From Mobula hypostoma (Eukaryota), in assembly GCF_963921235.1 (NCBI RefSeq), contig NC_086097.1, positions 80,044,001-80,108,000 on the forward strand: a stretch of 64,000 nucleotides of DNA, given 5' to 3'. Position numbers and translations under genes: made by a program. The notes under the pieces were generated by a model. The model did not search any database. It had not been told where the DNA came from and saw only the letters and a program-made list of their open reading frames with translations. Position 1 is the first letter of the stretch; the number at the start of each line of letters is the position of its first letter. Positions 25,235 to 37,807 of the stretch are shown here, in pieces.

Positions 25235-26202
25235 TCATAGTCATACTTTATTGGTCCCAGGGGAAATTGGTTTTCGTTACAGTTGCACCATAAATAATAA
25301 ATAGTCATAGAACCATAAATAGTTAAATAGTAATATGTAAATTATGCCAGTAAATTATGAAATAAGTCCGGGACCAGCCTATCGGCTCAGGGTGTCTGAC
25401 CCTCCAAGGGAGGAGTTGTAAAGTTTGATGGCCACAGGCAGGAATGACTTCCTATGATGCTCTGTGTTGCATCTCGGTGGAATGAGTCTCTGGCTGAATG
25501 TACTCCTGTGCCCACCCAGTACATTATGTAGTGGATGGGAGACATTGACCAAGATGGCATGCAACTTAGACAGCATCCTCTTTTCAGACACCACTGTCAG
25601 AGAGTCCAGTTCCATCCCCACAACATCACTGGCCTTACGAATGATTTTGTTGATTCTGTTGGTGTTTGCTACCCTCAGCCTGCTGCCCCAGCACACAACA
25701 GCAAACATGATAGCACTGGCCACCACAGACTTGTAGAACATCCTCAGCATCGTCCGGCAGATGTTGAAGGACCTCAGTCTCCTCAGGAAATAGAGACGGT
25801 TCTGATCCTTCTTGTAGACAGCCACAGTGTTCTTAGACCAGTCCAGTTTATTGTCAATTCGTATCCCCAGGTATTTATAATCCTCCACCATGTCCACACT
25901 GACCCCCTGGATGGAAACAGGGGTCACCAGTATCTTAGCTCTCCTCAGGTCTACCACCAGCACCTTAGTCTTTTTCACATTAAGCTGCAGATAATTCTGC
26001 TCACACTATGTGACAAAGTTTCCTACCGTAGCCCTGTACTCAGTCTCATCTCCCTTGCTGATGCGTCCAACTATGGCAGAGTCATCAGAAAACTTCTGAA
26101 GATGACAAAACTCTGTGCAGTAGTTGAAGTCCGAGGTGTAAATGGCGAAGAGAAAGGGAGACAAGACAGTCCCCTGTGGAGCCCCAGTGCTGCTGATCAC
26201 TG
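25235..26202 (-). mobile_element. Rex1/Babar-like LINE, 5'-truncated (RT C-terminal half)
   Basis: STGAPQGTVLSPFLF, QKFSDDSAIVG, KTKVLVVDLRR, YKYLG, RLYFLRRLRSF, KSFLPVAIKLYN*. Short-repeat tail (tatgac)n. Confidence 0.93.
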
Positions 26203-27835
26203 TCAAGTTGTACAGTAAAAGCAAGCTGATAAGGACCTTTGTCTTAAATAAATTCTGTGCAAGGCCTCTTTTCTTGTGCACTTTGGTAAATGGATCACCA
26301 ATGATTTGAAACTCAGCCTCAGAGTATGCACCTAAGTGAGCATCAACTGCATATTGCAATTCAATAGTTACAGTTGGAATGGAGATAACAGAGGTTGAAT
26401 GATTTCCAATTTGCTCTGTAGATTAGCTCCACTCCAGCAGAAAGTTGGTTGGAGCAAGAAATACTGAGAAAGGGGTTGGAATAGCAAAGCAATCTAAGAA
26501 GACTGGAGACTAAGTTCTAATGATGGAACTTAATGCATATATTGAAACATGCACAAATGCCTATCCACCCTCACACCACAACTTATTTCTGGTACGCCTA
26601 CTAATCAGCTTTCTATTCCTTCATTTTTTAAAAATAAAAATAAAAATATAAGGTTACCACCAAAATTAATTGTGGAAATCTTGGGTGCACTTTACAGTTA
26701 AAGTGAGAATACACAGAAGATAAACTGGAAGAGGAATAAACTTCCACGAATGAAACTACAAGTATGTCAACCAATAACCACACATTAAAAATAACATTTG
26801 ATTTTGCAGAAATATCTGTACTATTTTCTTCTGAAGAACTATTACCACTCAAGTCACAAGACAAGAGGACTGTTTTAACTTATGGATTATTTTTGAGGGT
26901 GAGAATGAGTAACAGTTTTTGTATTCAGCAAAACGACTGGAGATGGTTAACTTTCTTTCTTGGCATCCATATACCCAATGATGAAATAAGTTGGAACAAA
27001 GATCAGAAACAGGATTGAACATTATGTTCCAACCAACCTCCTCCCCACCCCACCAAAATAGCTTAATCTCTATTTCTTGCCAGAAGTCTATTGCTTAACC
27101 TTCTTCCCGACCAGCTATCTGTTTATGATTACTGAGTTTATTAGAAAATACATTCACATTATGATACACTCTTGGAGCTTCATCTAACAAATACAGAATG
27201 TTGCAAAGTATTTACCCGAAATGCCTATTTACCCCTTTTTACTTGCATAAATCAGTTTGCGCTGCAGCAAAAAAAAATCCATAAAATCAACATTATTTAG
27301 ACAAAGTACCACACATTTCTAGAATATATTTCATGGAACAAATGTTTCTTCCAAACGTGCTGTATTATTTGCACACACAAAATGCCTCCATACCTCATCT
27401 CAAATTATTTTGAATTATATCCATGAGGGAACAAAGAATAAATGACCAGCCTGTTTTCGAATCTCAGAATAACCTTCCAGCAAACAATTAAAGCCCCTGT
27501 ATGTAGATCCATGCTCCAAATACAAAATTACTGCATGTTGATTTTTGTGCCATTTAATTTTCCATTAACAATATCAGATTTTATGAATTAATTGTTTAGA
27601 AAGCAAACAAACTATCTTCAAATATCAAAAATAATTCCTAACAAAGCTCAGCCTGGAGAACGAAAACAACAACAGGTTGATCATTAACCTGTACTGATTA
27701 ACTGGAAGTGTGCACGTGTTCTTAATGATTATGAACAACTAGGCTTAGGTTTATGGCCAATGGACGTATTATACTCATGGCACATTGTGACATTAACAAA
27801 GTAATCACAAATAACCAGTACTGAATAGTAATCTA

Positions 27836-28775
27836 AGTGTCCAGAACTAGCTACAACAGAGCGTGGGTCGATTCATATGCTGAAATTGCACAACCACTCA
27901 ACAATCTGTTAAAGGGCAGTAAGTGCTCAGATGACCCCATGACTCTTAATGAAGAACAACTGAAAGAGTTTCAAACTTTAAAGGTGACATTGTGTACGGC
28001 ACCTCTATTAAGAATCCCTGATTCCTGTAAACCATTTACCATGTATATCAATGAGAAACATGACTTCATGATGGCAGTTTCTTAACTCAAGAACATGGAG
28101 ACCTACAGCGTTTTTTACTTTGTGAAATTAGATAATGTAGCACTACGATGAGGTTCATATTTATGAGCAGTGTAGGCAACCTACGTGGCAGTCACGGCAG
28201 TTTCTATCATCATGCTTGATCAAGTTTTAAATTTTTGATGTCCACACTCAGTACACACTTTACTGTCTATGATTAAGGCCCTCAATTAACAGATGCTTGG
28301 TGGTCCAAGCAGTCTACTGTACTTGAGGCACCTAATATCATCATTCAGAAAGCAAGTCCAAAGAATCCAACTGCACTGTTACTATTGGACATGGAAGAAA
28401 GACTTTATTGACCATGACTGTGCAAGGATAATAACATGCTATGAAGATGTAAATCATTACAAGGAGACACCTCCATTGAATACAGATTTGATTCTCTACA
28501 CCGATGGCTCTTCAACAATTGAAGGAGGAATCTGATTGCCTGGATGGGCTGTTGTTTCTGTAAGTGTAGTACTGGCATCAGGAAGCAAGGCTCCTGGTAC
28601 CTCTGTACAACAGGCAGAGCTGAAAGCCCTGAGTGAAGACTGTAAGATGGCAGAAGGAAGATCAGCTAATATCTACACTGATTCTCAATATGCTTTTAGA
28701 GTTCTTCATGACTTTAGAAACGTATGGAGACAAAGCACATTTCTTATAGCTGTAGGAATCCCAACCAGTACATGA
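27836..28775 (+). pseudogene. pol: Endogenous retrovirus pol remnant (RT thumb/connection plus RNase H)
   Basis: SYNRAWVDSYAEIAQPL, APLLRIPD..KPF, LILYTDGSS, GWAVV, TSVQQAELKAL, ANIYTDSQYAF. Stops and frameshifts present. Confidence 0.9.
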
Positions 28776-28824
28776 ACTCACGAATGTTATACAGTTGCAT
28801 TCAGAAATGGCTATATTAAAGTGA

Positions 28825-29059
28825 GGCATTACATCTTCCCCCTCAACTCCTGCACCCCAGCAAAATTTACACTTCAAATTTGAAAAGGGAAATGTCATAA
28901 TTTACCAAGAGGAAGAGAGTAAACTTTCTGAATTCAAATCTTTCAGGCTTCTTCCTATTTCCAGATTAATAATTCATCTAAATAACAGGATTCTAAAATA
29001 AAGCTTGGAAACTATTCTATCTAAGCCAAAGAAGATATCTTCACTATTGGCATGCACTG
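28825..29059 (+). repeat. ~235-bp direct duplicate of 34034-34268
   Basis: Collinear match from ggcattacatcttccccctcaactc to cttcact(a/t)ttggc(a/g)tgcactg, >90% identical by eye. Confidence 0.95.
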
Positions 29060-29546
29060 TTGTCACTCAAAATAACTACAATTGAAAGCTATGCAAATGC
29101 ATTTGCAGATGAAATTGCAAAATAAGCAGTACGCGAAGGGGTAAAAGAAATAAAAATGAAAGAAGTACAAAAAGGTCAAAGAATTAAAAGGAGCACCGGT
29201 AACATATGCAGTAAATTTGACAAATGAATTTTTGGAAACAAAGTTCAACTGTGTATCACAAACATACAAGATATTCAACAGATGCAAACTCAATGCTCTA
29301 ACCAAGAAGAGTGATGCTGGATGGAGAATGGTGAGAGATTAAACAGTGATGGAGCATGGAGATATGACACTAGCCATAGTCTAGTAGCTTCAGCTACATT
29401 GCTTCATATCTAGCACAGCAGATACACTCCCAAAAATACATTAGAGCTGTGGAAAAATACCACAATTTAGTGTTCCTACCCCACCTGGTCTATTTTTACA
29501 CTTACAAGTGGACAGCATTACTTTGCCAAAGTGTCAAGGATACTGA

Positions 29547-29928
29547 GGCTACATCCACACTAGACCGGATAAATCCGTAACCGAAGCTTTTTCTCTTCAT
29601 TTTGACGCTCCGTCCACACTGAAATGGCGTTTTCCTCCCCGAAAATGGAGAATTTCAGAAATGTTCTCCAGAGTGGATAAATCTGAAAACGCCTAATATC
29701 TGGCATAGTGTGTATGGGGTAACCAGCTATTTGTAAAACTGCTGTCATGATGTGCCGGAACAAATGGTGGTGGCAGCGTGGCATTTCATTGTTTTCTTGA
29801 ACGCAACCTCCAACACCACAACAGTATCTGACAATAGATGTGTAACAGCCTAATGTAACATTGTATGGAAATACAAGATAACACTGATGCAGACATGTTT
29901 TATACATTTAACAAGGTGCTTTATTAAC
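29547..29928. mobile_element. PIF/Harbinger-like non-autonomous fragment (one end)
   Basis: Terminus ggctacatccacactag after 'tga'. Subterminal repeats ccacact and ggataaatc are typical of fish Harbinger elements. Confidence 0.65.
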
Positions 29929-31058
29929 GTAAACACAAAATAATCTGCAGATGCTGTTGCCAAAGGAACACTCACAATGCGCTGGGGGAACTCAGCAGGT
30001 CAGTCAGCATCAGTTGAAAAGATTAGTCGACATTTCGGGCCGAAACCCTTCGTCAGGGCTGAAGGAAGAATTTTGGGGAGGGTTTGAAGAATGCTGGTAG
30101 TTGAAAAAAACAGTAATTTTAAAGACAAAGGGATGGGGGAGGGGAAGCATGGAGGTGATTGGCAGGAGAACAATGCGAAGTAGTAGAAGGAGGTGGAACT
30201 ATGAGGGAGGTGATGTAAAATAGGGATAGAGGAAGGGAGGGGGAGGGAATTACCGGAAGTTGGAGAATTCTATGTTCATACCAAGGGGCTGGAGACTACC
30301 TAGACGGTATATGAGGTGTTGCTCCTCCAACCTGAGCTTAGCCTCATCATGGCAGTAGAGGAGGCCATGTATGGACATATCTGAATGGGAATGGGAAGCA
30401 GATTTGAAGTGGGTGGCTACCGCGAGATCCTGTCTGTTGTGGCGGACAGAGTGGAGGTGCTCGATGAAGCGGTCCCCCAATCTGCGTCGGGTTTCACTGA
30501 TGTAGAGGAGGCCACACCGGGAGCACCAGATGCAATAGATGACCCCAACAGACTCACAAGTGAAGTGTTGTCTCACCTGGAAGGACTGTTTGGGGCCCTG
30601 AATGGTTGCAAGAGATGAGGCGTAGGGACAGGTGTAGCACTTACGCTTACAGGGATAAGTGCCGGGTGGGAGATTCGTGGGTATGGACGTGCGGATAAGT
30701 GAGTCGCGGAGGGATCGATCCCTGCGGAAAGCGGAGAGGGGTGGAGAGGGAAAGATGTGCTTAGTGGTGGGGTCCTGTTGAAGGTGGCGGAAGTTGCGGA
30801 GTTGTGCTGGATCCAGAGGCTGGTGGGGTGGTAGGTGAGGACAAGGGGAACTCTGTCCCTGTTGTGGTGGCGGGAAGATGGGGTGAGGGCCGAAGTGCGG
30901 GAAATGGAGCAGATGCGGGTGAGGGCATCATTGATGATGGTAGAAGGGAACCCACAATCCCGAAAGAAAGAGGACATTTGAGATGTCCTGGAACGGAAAG
31001 CCTCATCCTGGAAGCAGATGCGGCGGAGACGGAGGAACTGGGAATAGGGAATGTCCTC
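29929..31058 (-). mobile_element. Penelope-like element, 5'-truncated (RT C-terminus, GIY-YIG, pLTR)
   Basis: ORF 30250-30576 GVIYCIWCSRCGLLYISET...RLEEQHLIYRLGSLQPLGMN; upstream RVPLVLTYHP. Hammerhead agccCTGACGAagggtttcggcccGAAAtgtcgact at 30025-30060 (-). Confidence 0.95.
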
Positions 31059-31061
31059 TTT

Positions 31062-32070
31062 CTTTAAGGATCGTGGATTATAATGCTAGATGGGGATTGT
31101 CATGTCATATCAATAAGACCAAGGAACACATTTCACTGGAGTGTTGGTCAGGAATTATGTTGCCTGATGAACATGAATGGTCTTTCCATTGTACATATCA
31201 CCCAAAGTCATCAGGACAAGTTTAAATCATTAAATAATGATTAAGTATCACAAAGAAGGCCTACCATGGCCGATGGCTCTTCCTATGGTCTTAAGTAGCA
31301 TCAGAGCAACCCCAAACAAGGAACCTAAATTAAGTCCATTTGAAGTACTAACAGGGTGTCCTATGTCACTACCAGGAGCTCTTGATCTTAGAGAAGCTAA
31401 TATACAGATAGATATACTTTATTGATCCCGAGGGAAATTGGGTTTCGTTACAGCCGCACCAACGAAGAATAGAGCATAAATATAGCAATACAAAAACCAC
31501 AAACAATCAAACAACAAAATGCAAACTATGCCAGATGGAAAATAAGTCCAGGACCAGCCTATTGGCTCAGGGTGTCTGACCCTCCACGGGAGGAGCTGAA
31601 AGTTCGATGGCCACAGGCAGGAACGACCTTCCGTGCCGCCCAGTGTTGTATCTCGGTGGAATGTGGCCCAAGTCCAACAGCAAAAAGTTCAATATCCAGT
31701 CTACAAACACGTTCCTCGATCGTAAAATGACCCAGACTGCACCATCTGTTGTTAACCAGAACAGTAAGCACCCAACTCCATTACGCTTACCGCTCTCAGT
31801 GCACTTCCGGCAGACAATTTTGGCAGACAATTTAGTTAACTATTGTGTAAAATTAACTCAAGTTTGTTTCTCAACAGATTTCTGCCACTTGGAGTGATCC
31901 AACAAAAGGGGACACACGCTGACTCCTGGTGAGTCCTGATTAAAAGATCACATGAGGAACCAGTTATCTCAATGGGAAGGTCCATATCAAGTTACTAACT
32001 CGGCAGTGAAAGTAGAAGACAAATATGGACACACTCTAACCAATGTAAACAAGCTAAAGTGATACCTGAT
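31062..32070 (+). pseudogene. pol: ERV integrase remnant (interrupted at 31403-31812)
   Basis: FHCTYHPKSSGQV, WPMALPMVLSSIRATP, LSPFEVLTGCPM, and QWEGPYQV at 31970-31993. Confidence 0.88.
31403..31812 (-). mobile_element. Rex1-derived internally deleted non-autonomous retroposon
   Basis: APE-domain peptide (ESGKRNG..LTVLVNNRWC..DIELFAVGLGP) joined directly to the ORF end and 3'UTR shared with the LINE at 25235-25490. Confidence 0.8.
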
Positions 32071-32187
32071 GAGGACAAGGTGAATGTGTTAGTACCCTCT
32101 GACTCAGTGCCTATGCTGCTAGACTACAGTCAACAAATCACTAACCAGCCAAAAGATGTCGAACAGAGTTGATAACTACTAGCTATT

Positions 32188-32760
32188 ATGAAGTTTATTC
32201 TAATATTATTTGTTGTTGTTATATTTCTATCAATTTTCCCCACTCACAATGTGCCAATTGAGATAACTCATAGTGTGAACTTGCGATATTCACATGACTT
32301 TTCTGACGCTGATAATGCCTCTAGCTGTTGGGTATGTTAATATATACCACACACTTCATTATATTCATCAACGTTAGGCATTCCTGCAGATCAGAGCAAA
32401 CATGAACCCTTTTTCTTAAGTGAAGTTCATTATCACAATCCAGCAATAGATGGTTCTTCTAAATCGTATCGCATTAGCAGTTAAGGGGGAACATGTGCAG
32501 CTATAGGCAAGGAGTGCTGAAATTACATACCTTACCAATCAGAAGACTTAACTAATTTGGTTGATCATACTCATAAAGAAATAGCTGAAATTTGATGGAT
32601 GGGATTTCTTTGATTGGATGGATCCCGGTAAGTCTAGGAAACTGGGGTTACTCACTATTACAGATCATAGTATTTATCATGATAAATACTTTATCATAAA
32701 TTACATTTTTTACTTGTATATGGGCAATTATTAATACAGCATAAGTTGGGTGAATTTTTG
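32188..32760 (+). pseudogene. env: ERV env remnant (heavily deleted)
   Basis: Hydrophobic start MKFILILFVVVIFL; CWVC at 32326-32337; NRIAL at 32462-32476; GGTCAAIGKEC* (CX6CC) at ~32485-32520. Confidence 0.75.
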
Positions 32761-32853
32761 ATTATTTTATAAACGTAGGTCCCACAGGTTTTTCTGCCTC
32801 TGAATTTTCAGATGAAATGATTCTAAATGTATGATTTAGAATCAAAGGGGGAA

Positions 32854-33273
32854 TGCTGGATAGTTGTTATTTTCCTTGTAGTTTAACTTTATTATGCTTG
32901 TTTGTATTTTTATATAGTAATATAGTTATGCATGTATATGTAATTGCTCAATGTGTTTCTCAGTGGTTACAGTTCCTCTGGAAGCTTCTTGGTTTCAGTA
33001 GTAGTTATCATATTATGTGAATGGGGCTGTCTTATTGGTTGATTCAAGCATGGAATTTGATTGGAATTTATTGCTATTAGCAAATTAATATACAAAGACC
33101 AGACCATATTGGATCAGACTCTTTTTGCCTTTGTCTTCCCCTTGTTTCTAGCCTCTGCTTTTGCTATTCCCCTTTCCTAATTCATTTGTTCTTTTAGAGC
33201 TTAATAAGAGCGACTGTAAGCAACAAGTTTTGTGCCTCATTCTTGACTTCCGAAGAACCTCGGATCAAAAGCA
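32854..33273 (+). mobile_element. ERV 3' LTR
   Basis: Preceded by the polypurine tract aaagggggaa (32844-32853). TGCT...AGCA termini. AATAAG polyA-like signal at ~33203. Confidence 0.7.
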
Positions 33274-33279
33274 TCATGA

Positions 33280-33697
33280 TCCAGCAAACTGCAGGGGATT
33301 GAAAATTCAGCCAGCTCCATCATGGGCACTAGCCTCCCCGACGAGGACATCTTCAAACAATGGTGCCTCGAGAAGGCAGCATCTATCATTAAGAATGTCC
33401 AGCATCTAGGATATGCCCTCTTAAAACTACCGTCAGAAGATATAAGAGCCTGAAGACACACATTTCATGTTTTTGATACAGCTTCTTCCCCTCCATCATA
33501 TTTCTCAATAAGACATGAACCATTAACACTACCTCACTATTTTGGTCCCTTTTTGCACTACTTATTCATCTATTCTATATATACAGTATTTCCTATTATA
33601 ATTTATAATATATTTTAAATATTTCATTGTACTGCTGCTGCTAAAACCACAAATTTCACAGTACTGTATGTCAGTGATACGAAATCTGATTCTGATC
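33280..33697 (+). mobile_element. Rex1/Babar-like LINE 3' fragment
   Basis: SASSIMGTSLP..DIFKQWCLEKAASIIKN..YKSLKT; ends 'aaatctgattctgat'. Confidence 0.75.
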
Positions 33698-33699
33698 TG

Positions 33700-34000
33700 T
33701 CCTTTCATGTCAGATTCCACAATCTTCACTGTGGAATCTATTTATCACCTCATGACCCCTGTTGCTATTTCCACTCTCCCCTCCTCCATCTGTCCATTAC
33801 CCCTCCTCAGCAGGATCCACCTATTGCTTGCTGGCTCTTGCTCCATCCCTCCCTCTCACTCCTTTATACTAGCAACCAACCCTCTACTCTTTCAGTGCAG
33901 ATGAAGTGTATCAATCTGAAATGATGGCATCCCATTTTCCTTCGCAGATGCTACCTGACCCAAGTGTCTCTAGAATTTCCTATTTTTGCTTTATATTTCA
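33700..34000 (+). mobile_element. Degenerate PLE pLTR
   Basis: Pyrimidine-rich tract, then 'ctttcagtgcagatgaagtgtatcaatctgaaatg...gcagatgctacctgacc' (decayed hammerhead and pLTR end). Confidence 0.5.
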
Positions 34001-34033
34001 GAGGGATTTATTCATCCACATTTCCACATCTCT

Positions 34034-34268
34034 GGCATTACATCTTCCCCCTCAACTCTCGCACCCCAGCAAAACTTACACTTCAAAGTTGAAAAGGGAA
34101 ATGTCATAATTTACCAAGAGGAAGAGAGTAAACCTTCTGCATTCAAATCTTTCAGGCTTCTTCCCATTTCCAGATTAATAATTCATCTAAATAACAGGAC
34201 TCTAAAATAAAGCTTAGAAACTATTCTATTAAAGCCAAAGAAGCTATCTTCACTTTTGGCGTGCACTG
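34034..34268 (+). repeat. Second copy of the 28825-29059 duplicate
   Basis: Direct sequence match. Confidence 0.95.
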
Positions 34269-35281
34269 AAGCACTGCTATTAAATTTAACCATTTGATAT
34301 TTTTCACATATTGAAGCCATTAAAAATTCTATCATTGACATTTGTGTAACAATTTATAGAATAGATAAGTGCAAGAAAAGGACATCTCAAGTACATTTCC
34401 CAGCATTAAATGAACACAATTATTACTTTACTCAATCACACAAAAAAATGTAAGCGCAATTGTTTGCTGTCCAGGATAGAGTGAACATTCTGCATGTTCG
34501 AAATTACTCAATTATTAAACTCATATGATAAATATGTACTGTTTCATAACATTGAAATTAAATACGAAATGGCAAATATTTTAAGAATTTTACGAAGATC
34601 TATCTTTTAAAGTGCAGTTCCATTACAGACTTTAAAAATTAGTGAACTGAGAACGTGCTGAGCATATTCCCTTAAAGTTAGACTGTGTGTTATTGCTGAG
34701 ACAAACTGATGCACTATTATCTTTCTATCATAATTATCTTATGTTCTCAGTATTTTTTTTATTTGCACAATTTGTCTTCTCTTGCACAGTGGTGGTTTGA
34801 CAGTCTTTATGTATAGTTTATTCATAAATTCTATTGTATACCTTAATTTTTTCTGTAAATGCCTGCAAGAAAATGAATCTCAAGGTAGTATAGTACATGG
34901 CAACATAATCACACTACAATAAATTAATTTTGACAATATTTTTGAGAAATTAATAACCACGTACAATTTCTTTTTCAGTAATTCGCAGGACGTGTCTTAA
35001 ATGTGATTGGGTAATAAAATACAGAAAACTGATATTTTTGCATTATTTCAGCCATTCATTTCTCCACTGGTTTAGATGATCAATGGTATCTCTTGAAGGA
35101 AAACAGTTTTAACAATGCAACAGTATAAACGCTAATACTGTAATCATAAGGGCACCTCACAATTAGGGTTACCACCTCTTTCCTAATATTACAATTTCAT
35201 GCTAGAGTACTAAAGTATGGGACTTTATCAAGTGCTAGAATGAAGTAGGACAGCTTCACTTGTGTGTAGCTAATCAATTAC

Positions 35282-35410
35282 TTGGGCATCCAGTCGGGTA
35301 CAGGTATCGATTATAATTGATGTTTCGATGACAAACTCTGCCATCTTCTTCATGATGATGCCCGCTCAAGGTAGAAGAAGAATTTAATCATTATATACGC
35401 CAGGAAAGTA
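35282..35410 (-). mobile_element. Fragment of a different PLE-like pLTR with a hammerhead variant
   Basis: Minus strand: caTGAAGA-a-gatggca-gagtt-tgtcatc-GAAAC-atc at 35318-35354. Confidence 0.5.
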
Positions 35411-35527
35411 CTAGATCCTTTTTCACTTAATCAATTACTTCTTTACACAAAATTCATCTGAAACAATGTTCCGCTTATAGATAAAATAAGTCACATTTAG
35501 TATAAATCCAGCAGTCATATTTAAAAT

Positions 35528-35705
35528 AGCAACACACACAAAATGCTGGAGGAACACAGCAGGCCAGACAGCATCCATAGGAAGAAGCACAGTCGATGTT
35601 TCGGGCCGAGACCCTTCGTCAGGTCTAACTGAAAGAAGAGATAGTAAGAGATTTGAAAGTGGGAGGGGGAGGGGGAGATCCGAAGTGATAGGAGAAGACA
35701 GGAGA
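35528..35705 (-). mobile_element. PLE pLTR fragment with hammerhead
   Basis: Same pLTR sequence. agacCTGACGAagggtctcggcccGAAAcatcgact at 35591-35626 (-). Confidence 0.9.
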
Positions 35706-36212
35706 CCTGCTTCTTAGGAAGGTTTACCAAAATTTATAATCCTTCACAATTTTAACTTATGAAAATCTATTTGTTTAACCTTGCTTTTAACTAACATCTT
35801 TGTCTTTTATTTTTGCTTGCACTTTATCCCACTGTAAAGCACTTTGTATGAAAAGTGCTCTATAAATAAGTTAATATTATTATGAACAGATTGCTCAAGT
35901 GAAACTTGACATAATAATCATAATAATACCACACTCCTGCAATATAATTCTGAGTGTTTAGGTAAGTAATTGATATTCATAAAAACTTTTCAAAAAATAG
36001 CTTAGGAGATAGTCCCTTTGAAGAAATCACGGTTTGTATTTTTAGTTAGGTAGTACAAAGACTTTATTCTTAAGCACATGATATTGTTTGATCCAAGGAT
36101 ACCAGAAATGAGCATGTAAACTTTAAACACACAATAAGCAGAATAAGCAAATAGTCCCAGAAAATAAAGCGGACCAAAAAGATACATAAGGGGCTTAAGA
36201 ATATTTAATTTA

Positions 36213-36866
36213 GGGAGGAGGGAGGAGAAGATGGCGGCACCACGCAGCGCGCACGGCCGTTCTGAATGATATCGTATCTATGAAGTAGGATGCTGTGCAT
36301 AATCCTGACTTGATAGAGACAGGCGTGAAGAAGCACGGAGGAACATCTAGAGAAATTTCTGAAATGCCTGCTTCGCTGTCGCTGCTACTGTGTGATCGAG
36401 AATCTCTGGAGGGAAGGCCCCAAATCCTCGGCCTTGCCTATTGCCTGCTGCCGGGGCCGGGGTCCAAGCGCTCGGCGGAGATGGTGCTCGGTGCATCGGT
36501 GTCGAGGAGCTGGTCGGAGGCTCGAAGTTTTCCCACGAACTCGGAGTTGGACTGTGGTCGGATGCTTCCGGGATGCTGCATCAGCAAGTTTGCAGCGCTG
36601 GAGGTTTACCGTCTGCGTGAGATGATGGGACTTTCGAGAGACTTTGAGATTTTACCATGCCCATGGTCTGTTCGTATCAAATTACGGAACTGCTTTGCAC
36701 TGTTGTAACTATATGTTATAATTATGTGGTTTTTGTCAGTTTTCAGTCCTGGTTTGTCATGTGTTCTCTGTGATATCATTCTGGAAAAACATTGTATCAT
36801 TTCTTAATGCATGCATTACTAAATTACAATAAAAGAGTGTGTCCTCATAATCTAATCTAATCTAAT
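36213..36866 (+). mobile_element. Non-coding retroposon with AAGATGGCGG head and (TAATC)n tail
   Basis: Collinear paralogue at 55582-56283. CpG-rich 5' half, AATAAA, then (taatc)n. Confidence 0.8.
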
Positions 36867-37807
36867 TCCGTTAAATATATTGAATTTACACATAAACTTT
36901 AGTTTTTAAATTATAAATTTAGGCAAAAACTGGAGTTATCTCCAAGATTAAAATGATCAAGCTAACATTTGCAATGCAAAAATTGTTAACCTTTTATCTA
37001 GAATGATGCATTGAACCAGAATTGCAAAGCGTACAACCTACACTGTGCATCACCATTTGTTTAGTTATACTGACTCTATAATGTATATTACTTGTCAAAT
37101 GGAATAAGCCTCCCAAAATCATTCTGAACTCAATATTCTTTTTGGAGAATAACTAACTTTCATGACTAACATGATGAAAAATGAGAAAATTATGTTTGCA
37201 AGTTAACAATGCTTTCAACAAGTTTACTATGCTGGATATCAAAAACTAATGTAGAAAATACTGGAATCACTTGGTTCTGAGAAAAGCAAATATTTTCTTT
37301 GGCCAAGGACCCTTTTTTTTTGCATATATTAGAGCTTGCAGGAAAACCCAAATGACTATAGGTGAATCATCCCATTATCAAGATCATAAGTCAAATTTGG
37401 TTTGACCAGGGTTTACAAAACTTTGCAAATGGTGAAATGCAAGTACAATAGAGACCAGTTTGACATGAACGGGCAGATACAATCAGATGCAGATTATGAA
37501 TGCTAGGCGAAACATAGAAACACATCTTAATCTGAATGATATTATATTCAGGGGGTAGTAACAACTTAAGGACTTGCAACTGTATGGTCACAATCATTGA
37601 TAGTGACAGCTCAAGCTGATAAAGCAGTTAAGATAATATGTGACAAATTTAGGCTGTAACCAGATAACGGAACATACGAAAAAGTCATGCTATTTTTTCT
37701 TTTACAAATCATGGGGTATAACTCAGTTTGAGAACAATGTACAGTTCTAAACATGACATTTGCTACGGTTTTGAGGTCCTCGATAAAACTGATGCTCCAT
37801 TTACTCT

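Noticed and set aside
26628..26864. Minus-strand ORF with hydrophobic segments
   Set aside because: Short, AT-rich, with no recognisable domain or splice context.
34034..34268. Duplicated segment as a duplicated coding exon
   Set aside because: Candidate minus-strand acceptors lead into stop codons, and the plus-strand peptide is not recognisable.
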